Shown: one piece after another, positions 1 to 12,725 of the stretch
Layout: each line of letters opens with the position of its first letter
Position numbering within the stretch: the stretch's first letter is position 1
NCBI RefSeq assembly: GCF_963921235.1
Contig: NC_086097.1
Span: 137,270,001-137,334,000 of the forward strand
Direction: 5' to 3'
Length of the DNA: 64,000 bases
DNA from: Mobula hypostoma
Lineage: Eukaryota
The notes under the pieces: model-generated
What the model saw: the letters and a program-made list of their open reading frames with translations, nothing else
Told to the model about the DNA's origin: nothing
Databases searched by the model: none
Position numbers and translations under genes: made by a program

Positions 1-2145
1 TGAAAGATACGTGTGCCAAAATGAAAAAGAATTACGGAAAAAAATCCAGGCACAGATACCTAATTTGTTTTTAATTCGATGAATTATGTTCATCTTCAAG
101 GGGCAGTGCCTCAGGAGGGCCGCATCCATCACTGAAGAACCCCATATCTGGGAAATAGTCGCTTCTTGTTCCTACAGCTGGGAAGGATGACGAAGGCCAA
201 TACTCATTGAATCAGAGACATCCTCTTCCCCTCAGTCGTCACGTTAATGAACAGTCCATGAACCCATGAACACTGTCTCATTATTCCATTTTTATCTGCA
301 CTCTCTTTATTTTTGTTATTTATATTAATTTTTTGTCTTTACACGTGACACTGCCACAAAACAACACATTCCATGCTGCCTTAGTGATAATAAATTTGAT
401 TCTAATTCTGATTCAGGAGCTGGGAAGTGGAACATTGAAGACTGACAGACGTCACTAGGTTTTGGAATGCTGTGCCATTCTAAGAAAACGGAAAGCAGGA
501 AAGATCAACTCAAAATCAAAGGATCAGTCATGATCTTATTAAATGATGGAGTAATTTTGAGGAGTCAAATGGTCAACTCTGTTTCTGTTTCACATGAGGC
601 TGTAAATATTCTAGCCTCTGTCTGTTTACAGAGACCTAAAATAGCCTTGGCCTGTTTGTGTCGAGGAACACGTTGGGCAGTGGAGGGTAGGTTTTAATAA
701 TTTATGTAGAAATTAAATACAATTTAGAGTATTTGCTCCTGTTAACTGCCAATTACCTGTAACCCTAAAAATAGAAGCTGCATTTGTCTTATCAGGGAAC
801 AGGAACAAATGCTCCGCTGTTGTATTTTTTTATCTGACAGACTAACAGCTGTTGTAAATGCACAGTTTAATAATCAGCTTTCCACTGTTATTGCAAGAGA
901 AGCTTTTCATTAACACTTTTTTTTCTGCTGTCAGGCTACGAAAACAGGAAAGGAAAGCCAGGGATTTTTGTCAGTACAGAGCTGCTCTGATTTTCTAGCG
1001 GCAATGAAGCTTGGCTGTACAATCTTTATTGACAGCTGTTCACTGTGTCCTGACTCGAGCCCCCAGGCAATGAATTCCACTATGAACACTTACCAGATGC
1101 ATTTTTAATTTATTCTGATCCAGTATTTATCCATCAAGCAGCATAATTAAAACAGTTAAAACATTACCTCACAAATTGTTGGATCCAGCTGGGTGCAAAT
1201 TAATTGGGTCTCAGTTTAGATATTAACTAAATCATGGCGCCTTTGACAAGGCTGTACTAAAACAGTGCTGTACTGGTGTCTCAGCCAAGACTTTGCACTT
1301 AAACTGGGGTGGGCTCAAACTCAAATCTCTCTGATCAGATGTATCGGCCTGCTCATCCATAATAATACACGATTTGTGTGTGTGTGCGGGTGTGTATGTG
1401 GGACATTATTGTTCTTGTTACATTATCTTTTCTGCATTTTCTTCAGCGTAGTTGACAACAGATTGTGACAAATTACCCTGTTACTTTTTGCGGATTTAAT
1501 ATACAGAGGAAAGGATTGCATTCACGCACAGCACAAGGACAGACAACTTAGCCCAATCAGTCCATGCACACTGTTACCATGTCACAATCAGGACTCCTTT
1601 CATAAACTTGAATTCATCCAGAACCTTTCTAAGGTGCCTTTGTCCCAACCCAATCTAAATTCTATTCCTCGGTGCTTTTAAGCCCCATTGTAACTTGGTT
1701 CTGCATGGTCATTTCAATGATCTCAGGGTTCAGCCAGTGCTAATTCTGTAGTTAATTGGCTGAGCTCATAACTGGTGTAGTATGTTGAGAGGATAGCAGC
1801 AGTTAAACAAATCTGGTCAGTTCAAAATAGGTCCATACTATTTGTAGGGACCTACATTCTGATTGTAGAAGCCACCGGCTTCATGTGCCTCACAGTGGCA
1901 AATATCACCTCGAGGGCACAGCAGATGGGGCTGCTGCCCAATAGCTCCGGTCACCTGTGACCCTGACCTCGGGTGCCGTCTGTATGACGTTTGCACCTTT
2001 TTCCTGTGACCATGTGGGTTTCCCCAAGTGCTCTCCTTGTCATCCCGTATACGAAAGACATGCAGGTTGGGAGGTGGGTGGTAGGAGCATCAGAGGGGAG
2101 TTGATGAGAATTCTCCAAGAGCCTTCTCTGCACAGTTTACACTTA

Positions 2146-2365
2146 TGACCGCGGGGCTAAGCACGACTCCAACGCGATATCCAAGTTTGCTGACAACACC
2201 GACGTTGTAGTGCGAATCGGAGGTGGTGATGAATCAGCATATAGGAGGGGGATTGAAAATCTGGCAGAGTGGTGCCATAACAACGACCTCTTACCCAAGG
2301 AGCTGATTATTGACTTCAGGAGAAGGAGGTCCATGAGCCATTCCTCATCAGATGATCAGAGGTGG
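2146..2365 (+). mobile_element. Rex1/Babar-like LINE RT fragment
   Basis: KFADNTDVVVRIGGGDESAYRRGIENLAEWCHNN...KELIIDFRR. Confidence 0.7.
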
Positions 2366-2369
2366 AGAG

Positions 2370-2886
2370 AGACAGCAATCTGGTCTGAAATCTCTGGAGG
2401 TGAAGGCCCCGAGTCCTCGGCTTTGCTTGTTGCTCGGCGGCCAGGACGGGGTCGAAGTGCTCGGCAGAGGATGGCGCTCAGTGCTCGGTGTCACAGGGCT
2501 GGTCGGAGGCTCGAAGTTTTCGGACGGACTCAGAGTCGGCTGTGGTTGGGTGCTTCCAATGGGGCTGCATCGGCAAGTTTGCAGCGCTTGGAGGTTCATG
2601 GCAGGGAGAGTTTCTCCCTTCTACCGTCTGCGTGAGATGATGAGGCTGTCGGAACTTTGAGACTTTTTTTACCGTGCCCATGGTCTGCTCTTTATCAAAT
2701 TACGGTATTGCTTTGCACTGTTGTAACTATATCTTATAATTATGTGGTTTTTGTCTGTTTTTCAGTTGATTTGTCTTGTGTTTCTTGTGATATCATTCTG
2801 AAGGAACATCGTATCATTTTTTAATGCATGCATTTCTAAATGACAATAAACGAGGACTGAGTGCCCTCATAATCTAATCTAATCTA
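2370..2886 (+). repeat. Interspersed repeat with CpG-rich head and (TAATC)n tail (non-LTR 3' end or SINE-like)
   Basis: Abrupt switch to CpG-rich sequence; ends aataaacgaggactgagtgccctcataatctaatctaatcta. Confidence 0.5.
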
Positions 2887-5094
2887 AAAAATTTGAGTAT
2901 GCCAGCAAAAAATAAGTCTCAGGGTTGTATATGGTGGCATATATGTACTTTGATAATAAATTTACTTTGAACTTATGTACTGTACATATGACAATAAACT
3001 CAGCTTTGACCTGGACTTTGAAACATACAAAATCCTTACAAGGCTTGACAGGCTAGATGCAAAGTCTGACTGTAAACTCTTAAAATTCTCTTGAAAGGGA
3101 AATCAAACCATGGTGCCCCTAGTGTAATATAGTTTCCAAATTCCAAGGAAGGCAATGGCACAAAATTCATATCTTCTTTCAATTACAATAGCATTTCAGA
3201 CAAATAACATATGATTGCACTGATTCATTGTTGCTGGGGCCTCTAGTCTGTGTTGCACTTGGGTAAATAATGAGGCATAGTTTGCTCTATTGTAGTGAAG
3301 CTCATGGCCCTCTGACAAATATTCTAGCAAAACTCATTATTTTTAAAAGCGTCTCTCAGATCTCATTCTACTGTACTGGAAACAAAGATATATACCTGAG
3401 ATTGATATATTTTTGTAAATTGTATGAAGGAATATTAGGCAAAGCTGCCTATGTCAAATAGGTCACAGATCTGCCATGCTCTTATTAAATGACGAGTGAG
3501 CCTCTTGAGCAGGAGAAACCATCCTATTCTATGTTCTCAAAGGGATTTTGCAAAGGACCAGACTGGATAATGTTGGAAATGAATTGCTGCATAGTGAGAA
3601 ATGGTACGATCAAGAATGATTTGCTTAAGAGTTTCAAATAGCAATTCAACTAATTTCTTGTTTCAATTATGAGCAAAGAGTTTATCTCTTTGTTTTAACT
3701 GATGACATATCTCTTATTTGTCTTCCTTTATCTGAATGTTTTAAATGGTATGGAAATTGAAAGACTTCAGTAAAGTCCCATATAGCATGATATTGCCTTT
3801 ACAAGCACAGAAACAACCCTGGTTCCAGTTTTAATTTCAGCTACTGTATCTCGAAAGCTGTTGTATGCAATTACAAGATGTCTGTCATTGTAAAACAGGA
3901 GAGGTCAGCATCTATCTGTCACACCTACACCTGTGCGGGAACTGAATGAGACCAAGGAGAAGATTCATTCAATCTGCGGCTGATGTTTAAAATCGTTTAT
4001 AGCTTTAAATACTTATGAACAAGACATCACATTGGATAATAGTTGAAAAGATTTTCCCATGTTTTTTAGATGCTGTTTGTTTACAATGGCAGTCTGCAAA
4101 CAGCTAATATATTTGTATTACACTTGCCAAAGTGAGCAAGGGTAAAAGAGAGGCATCATTTATCCATACCTAAACCAGACATTAGAAACATTGTTTATGT
4201 CCTAATACACACAGTCATCACTCCGTATCCTGACCCCAGCCATCCCCACAGGGTCCAAATGACCACATCACATGAGCCTAGAACCATTCCTGGTCTGCAG
4301 ACCAAGCCACAACACTGTTGGTGCCCTCTTGAAGGCTGCTGTGATAAAGGCAAAGGCCATATTTGGGTCTCCTCCTCACCGCCGGGCCCACGTTGCTTCA
4401 ACAGGAACACTAACAAGGCACCCTTGATTCAGTCCTCGCCATTCATGTGCCTGATCCATGTACCCCGTCTGACCCAATGCCCAAAAGTAATACTGCCCAA
4501 TTTCTAGGCCAGTTACATTTGTGCTTTACTATAATCAATCTGAGCGGCAGCACAAGTGGAAAATAGTCTATGCATCTCCACTCTAGAACCAGTGACACCC
4601 CGGCTTCAGCTATGGAACTGCTCTCTGTCGACGATGTTTATGCAAGTACACGTTTGGAGTTTGAGCTCTGAATCGTTTCTGGCTCATTCCTAAGGTGAAC
4701 AGGAGTATGGACTTTACATCTAACATCTGTAGGGTTAGGTGCACCATTAGCTTCAATGGACAACACCAGCCCCAGGCCACAGAGCTCGGTGACAAGACCC
4801 TGGAGAACTTAGACCACTTTCTGAGCTTTGGGAACCACTTCTCGATGAAGGTAACATTGTAAACGTGCCAGCACAAATATGAAGAGAAGAGCATTTGAGG
4901 ATAAACATTTCAAACTGGGCACCTTGCTCACTAACTACCAGGCAGCAGTGATATCTCTCATCTAACTGGTTTAAAAAGCAAACAGAGCCTGTCTGCACTT
5001 GTCTGCAAAGCAGTAGATTGGCTGGGTTATTAGAAACTTCGCAAGGGTCAATAGAAAGAAGTTAGGTTTAAGCAGAGCGGCCATTGTTCTTAAA

Positions 5095-5990
5095 TCAATA
5101 TGTAGCTAGTCCGACAGCAAGAGAGGCTGTAATAGACCTGGTGTTGAGACATAAGCCTGGCCTGGTAACTGACCTCGAAGTTGGTTAACAGCTGGGGACA
5201 GTAACCACAACTCCTTAAGTTTTAAGACGGCTATAGATAAGGATAAATATGGACCTTACAGAAGAATATTTGGAGCAGGGCAAATTATGAGAGCATTAGG
5301 TAGGAACTATGGAGGGGTAATTGGGAACAGTTGTTTCTAGGCAAGTCCACATCTGACATATGGAGGGTGTTTAAAGGCCAACTGCACAGAGTACAGGACA
5401 GGTATGTACCAGTTAGAAGGAAGGACAGGATGGCAAGATAGGAGAATCTAGGCTGTCATAGTCTCATAAAGTCATAGACTCCTACAGCACACAAACAGTA
5501 CACTTGGCCCATCTAGTCTGTACCAAACCATTAATCTGCCTAGTTCTACCGACCTGCACCTGGAACATGGTCCTCCATATCCCTTACATCCATGTATCTA
5601 ACCAAAATTCTCTTAAGTGTTGAAATTGATCCACTTGCACTGGCAGCTCATTCCACACTTTCTCTACCCTCTGAGTAAAGAAGTTTCCCCTCATGTTCTC
5701 CTTGAACTTTTCACTTTTCACCTTTAACCTATGACCTCTAGCTGTAGTCTCACCAACCTCAGTGGAAAAAAGCCTACTTGTATTTATCCTATCTATCGCC
5801 CACATAATTTTGTATATGTCTATGAAATCTCCTCTCCATCTTCTACGTTCTAGGAAATAAAGGCCTAAACTATTCAACTTTTCCCTACAACTGGCAAAAT
5901 CTTGTCTGCACTCTTTCAATCTCATTTACATCTTTCCGGTAGGTAGGGGACCAAAACTACACACTATACTCCAAATTAGGTCTCATCAGT
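5095..5990. mobile_element. Two CR1 fragments: endonuclease/tether piece (+, ~5095-5455) and 3' end (-, ~5457-5990)
   Basis: + strand REAVIDLVL...NHNS-like; minus ORF 5584-5925 (LERRRWRGDFIDIYKIM...FFTQRVEKVWNELP). Confidence 0.8.
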
Positions 5991-6046
5991 TCCTGTATGC
6001 ACTGATCCAAGTTGCTTCCTAGGCAGGAGTTGATAATGTGGCACTT

Positions 6047-6075
6047 GGGGGGCGGGGGCGGGGGCGGGGGCGGGG
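6047..6075 (+). repeat. (GGGGGC)n tract, G-quadruplex-capable
   Basis: ggggggcgggggcgggggcgggggcgggg: five G-runs separated by single C. Confidence 0.8.
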
Positions 6076-6312
6076 TGACTTGTGCTATTTGTTGTTTTTG
6101 TGTTAAAATGCTTTCGTGGGGTTATGGTGGGATGTTCAAGTTTATTTGGTGTTACATTTTAGCTTGGGTTATTCAGTTATTCGCATGTGTGTTTGTGGGT
6201 CACCTTAACTATCACCTCCCCCGTCTGTATGGTGGCTGAGTGGGCTCTCTCCCCAGGTCATAGCTCCTTCTCTGTTTTTTTTTTGATTATCACAAAAAAC
6301 AGTTGTCAAGTT

Positions 6313-6618
6313 AAACAAACTTCCTCATCTGTCACCATGGACCAAATGTCACAACATGTTTCCTCATCACCCTCTCAAAACATTTCATCACTCTGGCTAT
6401 AAGTGGAACTGGAGGATAGTCACTGAGGCAGGTTACCACGTTCTTCTTAGGCACCAGTATAACTGAAGCCTGCTTCAGACTGCCAAAGCGAGAGGTTAAA
6501 GACCTCAGTGAACACACCAACCAGTTGATCAGCACAGGTCTTTAGTACTCGGCCAGGTACACCATCTGGGCTGGGTGCTTTCCGAGGGTTCACACTCCTG
6601 AACGATGCTCTAACGTTG
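6313..6618 (-). mobile_element. Rex1-like LINE fragment
   Basis: ORF 6332-6535 ([11 protein letters not shown]...CLSDYPPVPL...VMKCFER). Confidence 0.75.
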
Positions 6619-8901
6619 ACTCATTTATGAAGAAGCAAAGAAGTGATGGGAAGGGGTTTCTATTAAAACATGTTTTTTTCAGATATGAATAAGACTGATG
6701 ACAGAATATTTATTGCACACCAACTTTGTATATGATCTTTAACCTTAAACCACATTAAGTGATTCATGGTAAACAGGAACTGAGGGAGTCCTGGGTCAAA
6801 GCGGTTGCATTTCAGATAAAAACTTTCTTTACTCTCTCAGGCGCTGGCAATACATCTCTAGATCCTATTATGAGGAGTAGGTGAGTTCACCTGAGTGTCC
6901 TGGGGTTAACATTATTAATCAACATTATTTGGTCAATATCATGTTGCTATTCATGAAGCAAATTCACTACAGACAAATTGGTGGCTGCATTTCCAATACC
7001 ATTTCATGATTGAACCTCAAAGTATTTCAGAGACTATAAAATGGACATCCTGAGGCTCATTAAAATCACTAAAGAAAAACATGTGTTTATATTGTTATTG
7101 AGCTCTGAATTTAGTGGCATGCTGACAATTGACCAGGTTTACTTAATCATATTTTTCATCAAATTTGAACTCAGTCTTTATTACTTCAGCATTATAATCA
7201 ATAGTCAAATATACTCCATGACTGGAAATGAGATAGGCAGGAGAAATGGATGTTCACTTATCTTTGGTTGTTGCAGCACAATAATTAGAAGACAAAGACC
7301 TGTATGTCTCACTTTTAAAACCAGAGTTATGTCCAACAAAAATGCTGGGCTCAGGCCAGATATGGATCACCAATCTAACTCCAACAGAGGATACAAAATG
7401 AATAAATAGGGCTCTCTGTTGCTATGTTTCCTAATCAAAATGCAATTAATGGACATATTCTAACATCACATTCAATATTAGTGTTAAGCTTGGGTAAGGT
7501 ACAGAAAATGGAAATCCCTTTGTGCTTTACTTCAAAGCTAAACCTCAGCATTATACAGTCTTCTATACAAGTGACATTTCCATTTTGCACACTAGCCATT
7601 CCTGCAAGCTCCCTAGGTGAATCTGTCAATTTATAAAGGAGAGTTTCTATTGCAGCTTCATGTTTATTGGAAGTGGGAGCAGTTCTGTTTTGAGCTCTCT
7701 CCAAATACGTTGGAGTGAGGAGACTTTCAGCAGCAAGCTGGAAATCTATACAACTCTGGGCATTTGCTCTTGTTTTGAACATTAAATGTCTTTAAAACAC
7801 AAATAAATCGCATTAAGACCATGAACTTCTGAAGTTACATCCCATTGTGTTACTTCGCTTAAAATTTTGTTCTTGCAGAGTTAGAAATTACACAGCCTGT
7901 GCAGCATTTGCATAGGTATGATAGTAATGATTCTGGGTTTGATACGATGCTGTATCGTGGAGCACAGGTAGATGTTAGCTTTGAGAAGAATAAAAATTAC
8001 CTTCAGCTTGGAAATGTTGCACGATTTTAGTGACTAAGACCTTACATTTTTGGACTGTGGAAGAAAACCAGAGCAGAGCAGTCAGAGGAAACCCACACGG
8101 CTCATGTTTAGAATGTACACGTTCCTTAAAGAGGGCACTGGAATTGAACTCCAAACTCCACAATGCCCGAGCTGTAATAGCGTCACGCTAACTGCTACAC
8201 TACTGTAGTGCCTTAAGTAAACAACAGGAGCGGGTCCACCTCCAGAATAATGTTTTCTCCCACACCAACAACTATATCCTGTCCCACCCATGGTAGGGCC
8301 AACACAGGCTCCTCATCGGCTTCATCAGCCACTGCAGGTGCTCAGAACCGGAATGGGAGGAAGGGACAGCCAAAGAGCAGCGGGGATAGTGAATTAGGCT
8401 TGCGGAGGTCAAGTGATCTTTGACTGTTTCTCTATTCTCAAAAGGACTCTACAGAGAACACAGAATCAAAGTTCAACTACCTTCGAAAGGAATGAACGAT
8501 TTGCTGCCCAACAGAAACAGAATAATTGGAAATGATTTGCGTCAGAACTTCATGCAGGAATTCAAGTAATTTCTTGTTCTAATTTTGAACAATAGTTTAT
8601 CCCTTTATCTGAGCTGACTACAAAACTCTGAGCAAATACCTTTCTTTATTTGAATTCTTTTAGTTGTACAGAAATGAACAAACAATGCCTTAGATGTCCC
8701 TGAAGACCTTGGTACTCTGATCCTGCTTCCATAAGCATACAAACAATGCTCATTCCAGTTTTATTTTTAGCTATCACAGAAGCCGCTTTATACCAAAATA
8801 TAAAAGTTCAGTCATCATGCTAGGCATATGTTCAGCACATTTCCTCAAGAGCTGTTTGAGGCTTTATAATGGTTTTTGTAAACCCAACACCATTAGACTG
8901 G

Positions 8902-9613
8902 CAACACACATCAAAGTTGCTGGTGAACGCAGCAGGCCAGGCAGCATCTCTAGGAAGAGGTACAGTCGACGTTTCGGGCTGAGACCCTTCATCAGGACTA
9001 ACTGAAGGAAGAGCTAGTAAGAGATTTGAAAGTGGGAGGGGGATGGGGAGATCCAAAATGATAAGAGAAGATGGGGGGCGGGGGGATGGAGCCAAGAGCT
9101 GGACAGGTGATAGGCAAAAGGGATATGAGAGGATCATAGGACAGGAGGCCCAGGGAGAAGGAAAAGGGTGAGGGGGGGAAAACCCAGAGGATGGGCAAGG
9201 GGTGTAGTCAGAGGGGCAGAGGGAGAAAAAGGAGAGTGAGAGAAAGAATGTGTGTATATAAATAAATAACGGATGGGGTACGAGGGGGAGGTGGGGCCTT
9301 AGCAGAAGTTAGAGAAGACAATGTTCATGCCATCAGGTTGGAGGCTACCCAGACGGAATATAAGGTGTTGTTCCTCCAACCTGAGTGTGTGGCTTCATCT
9401 TTGCAGTAGAGGAGGCCATGGATAGACATGTCAGAATGGGAATGGGATGTGGAATTAAAATGTGTGGCCACTGGGAGATCCTGCTTTCTCTGGCAGACAG
9501 AGCGTAGGTGTTCAGCAAAACAATCTCCCAGTCTGCGTCGGGTCTCGCCAATATATAGAAGGCCACATGTGTGTTACTTGAATTTCCAGTATCTGCAGAA
9601 TTCCTCATGTTTG
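8902..9613 (-). mobile_element. Penelope-like retroelement fragment (GIY-YIG C-terminus plus 3' pLTR with hammerhead core)
   Basis: Minus strand reads GLLYIGETRRRLGDCFAEHLRSV...LPVATHFNSTSHSHSDMS. 14-bp TSD caccattagactgg at 8888-8901 and 9614-9627. Confidence 0.8.
8964..8999 (-). ncRNA. Minimal type-I hammerhead ribozyme motif in Penelope-like pLTR
   Basis: Minus strand AGTC-CTGATGA-A-GGG-TCTCAG-CCC-GAAA-CGTC-GACT. Conserved CUGAUGA/GAAA core, stem I AGUC/GACU, stem II GGG/CCC, palindromic ACGU in place of stem III, GUC cleavage triplet. Confidence 0.65.
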
Positions 9614-10038
9614 CACCATTAGACTGGGTTGTTTATAGTTTAACAGTATTGAAATAAAGACAGCTTGTAATTGGTAATTGGCTATTATTGTCACATATAC
9701 CTAAGTATAATGGAAAGCTATTGTTTGTATGGCATCAAGACAGACAAAAGTACTTTGAGGTAGTAGAAAAGGAAGAAAGCACAATGTAGATCATAGTGCT
9801 GCAGTTCCAATGGAAGGGCAGAGTGGGTGGACAAGTACAGTACAAGGGCCATACCAAGGTAGACTGAAAGGTCAGGAGTACATCATAACTGTATAAGAGC
9901 TCTGTTCGAGCGTGATTACTGTCAGACAGAAGCTGTCATTAAGCTTAGAGATACATGCTCTCTTGCTTTTGAATCTTCTACCCAGTGTGAGGAGGGAGAA
10001 GAGAGACTGACTGGGGTGGGATAGGGGTTGTTGATTAT

Positions 10039-10612
10039 ACACACAAGAAATTCTGCAGAAGCTGGAAATCCAGAGCAGTACAACACAAAATGGTGGATGA
10101 ACTCAGCAGGTCAGGCAGCTTATATGGAAATGCAGAAAATGCCTGTGCTTCAGGCCAAGACTCCTTTCAGGGTTGGAAAGGAAGGGGGAAGACACCAAAA
10201 TAAAAAGGTGGGGAAAGGGGAAGGAGGATTGCCAGAAGGTGACAGGTGAAGCCAGGTGGGTGGGAAAGATAAATAGCGGGAGAGGAAGGAATCTGTTAGG
10301 AGAGGAGAGTGGACTATAGGAGAAAGGGGAGGAGGAGGGGACCCAGGGGGAGGCGATAGGGAGATGAGAAGAGGTAAGGAGCCGGAGTGGGAAATAGAAG
10401 AAGAGGGGAGGGAAAGGGAAATTTTTTCTTAGCTGAAGGAGAAATCGATATTTATGCCATCAGGTTGGAAGCTACTCAGATGGAATATAAAGCTTTTCTC
10501 ACCGACCATGAGGGTGGCCTCATCTTGGCACAAGAGGAAGCCGTGAACCAACATGTCAGTACAGGAATGGGAATTGGAATTAAAACCATTGGCTGCTGGG
10601 AAGTTCCAATTT
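10039..10612 (-). mobile_element. Degenerate Penelope-like fragment
   Basis: Similar to 8902-9500 (tgccatcaggttggaagctac...; GA-rich tract). Flanked by ttgattat at 10031-10038 and 10613-10620. Confidence 0.65.
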
Positions 10613-12399
10613 TTGATTATGTTGGCTATTTTCGCAAGGCAGCGGGAGGTTAGATGGACATAGATGTAGTGAAGGGAGGGCTCGTTTGCATGTCAGAGTA
10701 CGCTGTGTTAACAACTTACTGCAATTTCATGCAGTCTTGGGCAGCACAAAAAAACAGGGAACAAGCCAGTATTAGTTTACCTTTCGGACTACATGGCAGA
10801 CAACATGTTTAGTAATAAGTGTCACCCATAACCTAGGAAAGGGCAAAGGAGACACTCTCTGTGCACATTGATGTAGTGGTTAGGAGTGTTGGGTATTGTA
10901 TTAAAGGACATGTTAAAAGACACTGCTCTCACCCATTCTCACTATTCATCAGCCCCATTTTCTCCATTCTTCTGAATACTACAACATCCTGATCTCCAAC
11001 CAAAGCCATGACACCTGACATGCTTACAACAACCTGCTGGAGAAATTCAGCAGATGAGCGACATCTATAGGGGAATAGGAATTGCCAACGTATTGTGTCC
11101 ATTGCCAGTTCCACACTTCCTCTGGCACCACTCCTCAACTCTTTCTCCATTACACTCACGACTGCTCACTGCACCCATCCAGAGCTCTTTGATTTTAGAT
11201 CCGCACCCCCCCCCCAAGTTTCTTATAGGACAGCTGTTGTGATACATGCAGTAAATTCAAATGTGGCTGCTTTCATCACTGGGGGGGGGTCCTTGGTGCT
11301 TCACCAGGGGCACTAAGATAATATCTAAGAAATGGAGAGTGTCAGTCCTCGCTCATGAGGGATCTGTGTGCCCCAACCCCACCAAATGCCCCAAGGTCAC
11401 CCTGGTTCAATTTCTAGCCCAATTTGATCTGTGTTTGGTTCTTCTCTTCAGCTTGAACATTACATATCTTGGCTTCCCGTCTAAAATTACCAATATCTGT
11501 TTTTTTTAAAAAAATAAGTGGACCTTTATATAGAAATACAACTTTTACCTTGAAATAATCTTCTGCATATAATCGGGCCTCCCTAAGGGGAGGAGACAGA
11601 TGGATAGTTCTAACTGTCTTTCTGCTGGCACTTTTTCATTGTGGTTGGTAAAATGCAAGTAATGTTTATTAAACAGCTTCCAGGATTAGTGTGGAGTCGT
11701 ATGAACAACTCATCATTCATTGCTTCATTTCAGAAGAAAACTGCAGCCGAGACAAGAAATAGTTTGCATTGAGCTGTTTATGTTATGGTGAGAGGGAAGA
11801 TCTACCTGCTCTTCCTAAAAAAAATGTGGGAAGTTGCACAGGAGAGCCTGCGATGCCAAAGCTCTAATACCAAAGAAAACACTTTAGACTGGCTGCAGTA
11901 TAAAACTGGCTCACTGTAAAGTAGCTCAAGTTTCTTATTGAAATGCTACTGCTGCACACAAGAGGAAAAAAAACCAGTAAATCCCTGCTAAGCACCAGAT
12001 GAATGGATGGATAGAAGACACCGTATTGAATGAAGGACCTTGGATCACGAATGCAGAAGGACGTACTGTATTTAAAAAGAAGATTGTAATTCCTGAGGAG
12101 CAATGGTATGATTTCATTACTCTTATCAAGGTGATTTTAACTTTCATTTCTGTTTCTAAATATAGAAACGTACGACGGAATATTTTCAAGAAAAGCAGTC
12201 TATTCCTGTGAATTGAGGTAGAGCTTCACCATGCCTAGTCTTTGGCTGGATTCTCTGAAATCTGATACAGGGTTATCATTCCAAGTCCCAGCAGGCAGAC
12301 ACTGAATGTTAAAATCATGTTGAGAATTTAAAGTAAGAGGTGCTATGAAAGAAAAGGTTCCTTAACATACTGTTTTACACAGTCTAAGGACATCCAGAG

Positions 12400-12725
12400 C
12401 AGTTTGTGAACTGTTAATTGAAATGAAACTGCTGCAAATGTGGCATCAATTTGCTAATAACAATGGCTTTATTGTCCTTTGCTGTTAGTTAAAGGACAAA
12501 TATTTTCCAGAACTTGGAACCAACTTCCCTGCTCTCCTTTGTTAGTGCCATCAGATTCTTGACGTTCACCTGAGAGAATAATTGGGGTCGCGGTTTAACA
12601 TTTATCTGAAAATCTGCACCTCCGGGAGTGCAGCACTCCCCCAGTATTGCATTGAAATGCCAGATTTTATCTTGACTGAGATTTGAAGCCACAACCTTCC
12701 ACTCAGAGGCAAGCATGCTATTGCC
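12400..12725 (-). mobile_element. Old Deu-domain SINE-like repeat (related copies ~40200-40510, ~56480-56700, ~61560-61900)
   Basis: cacctgagag...ggtttaac...tctgaaa...gcacctcc..agtgcagcactccc.cagta.tgca.tg, which I recall as the DeuSINE/SacSINE-type body. Confidence 0.5.
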
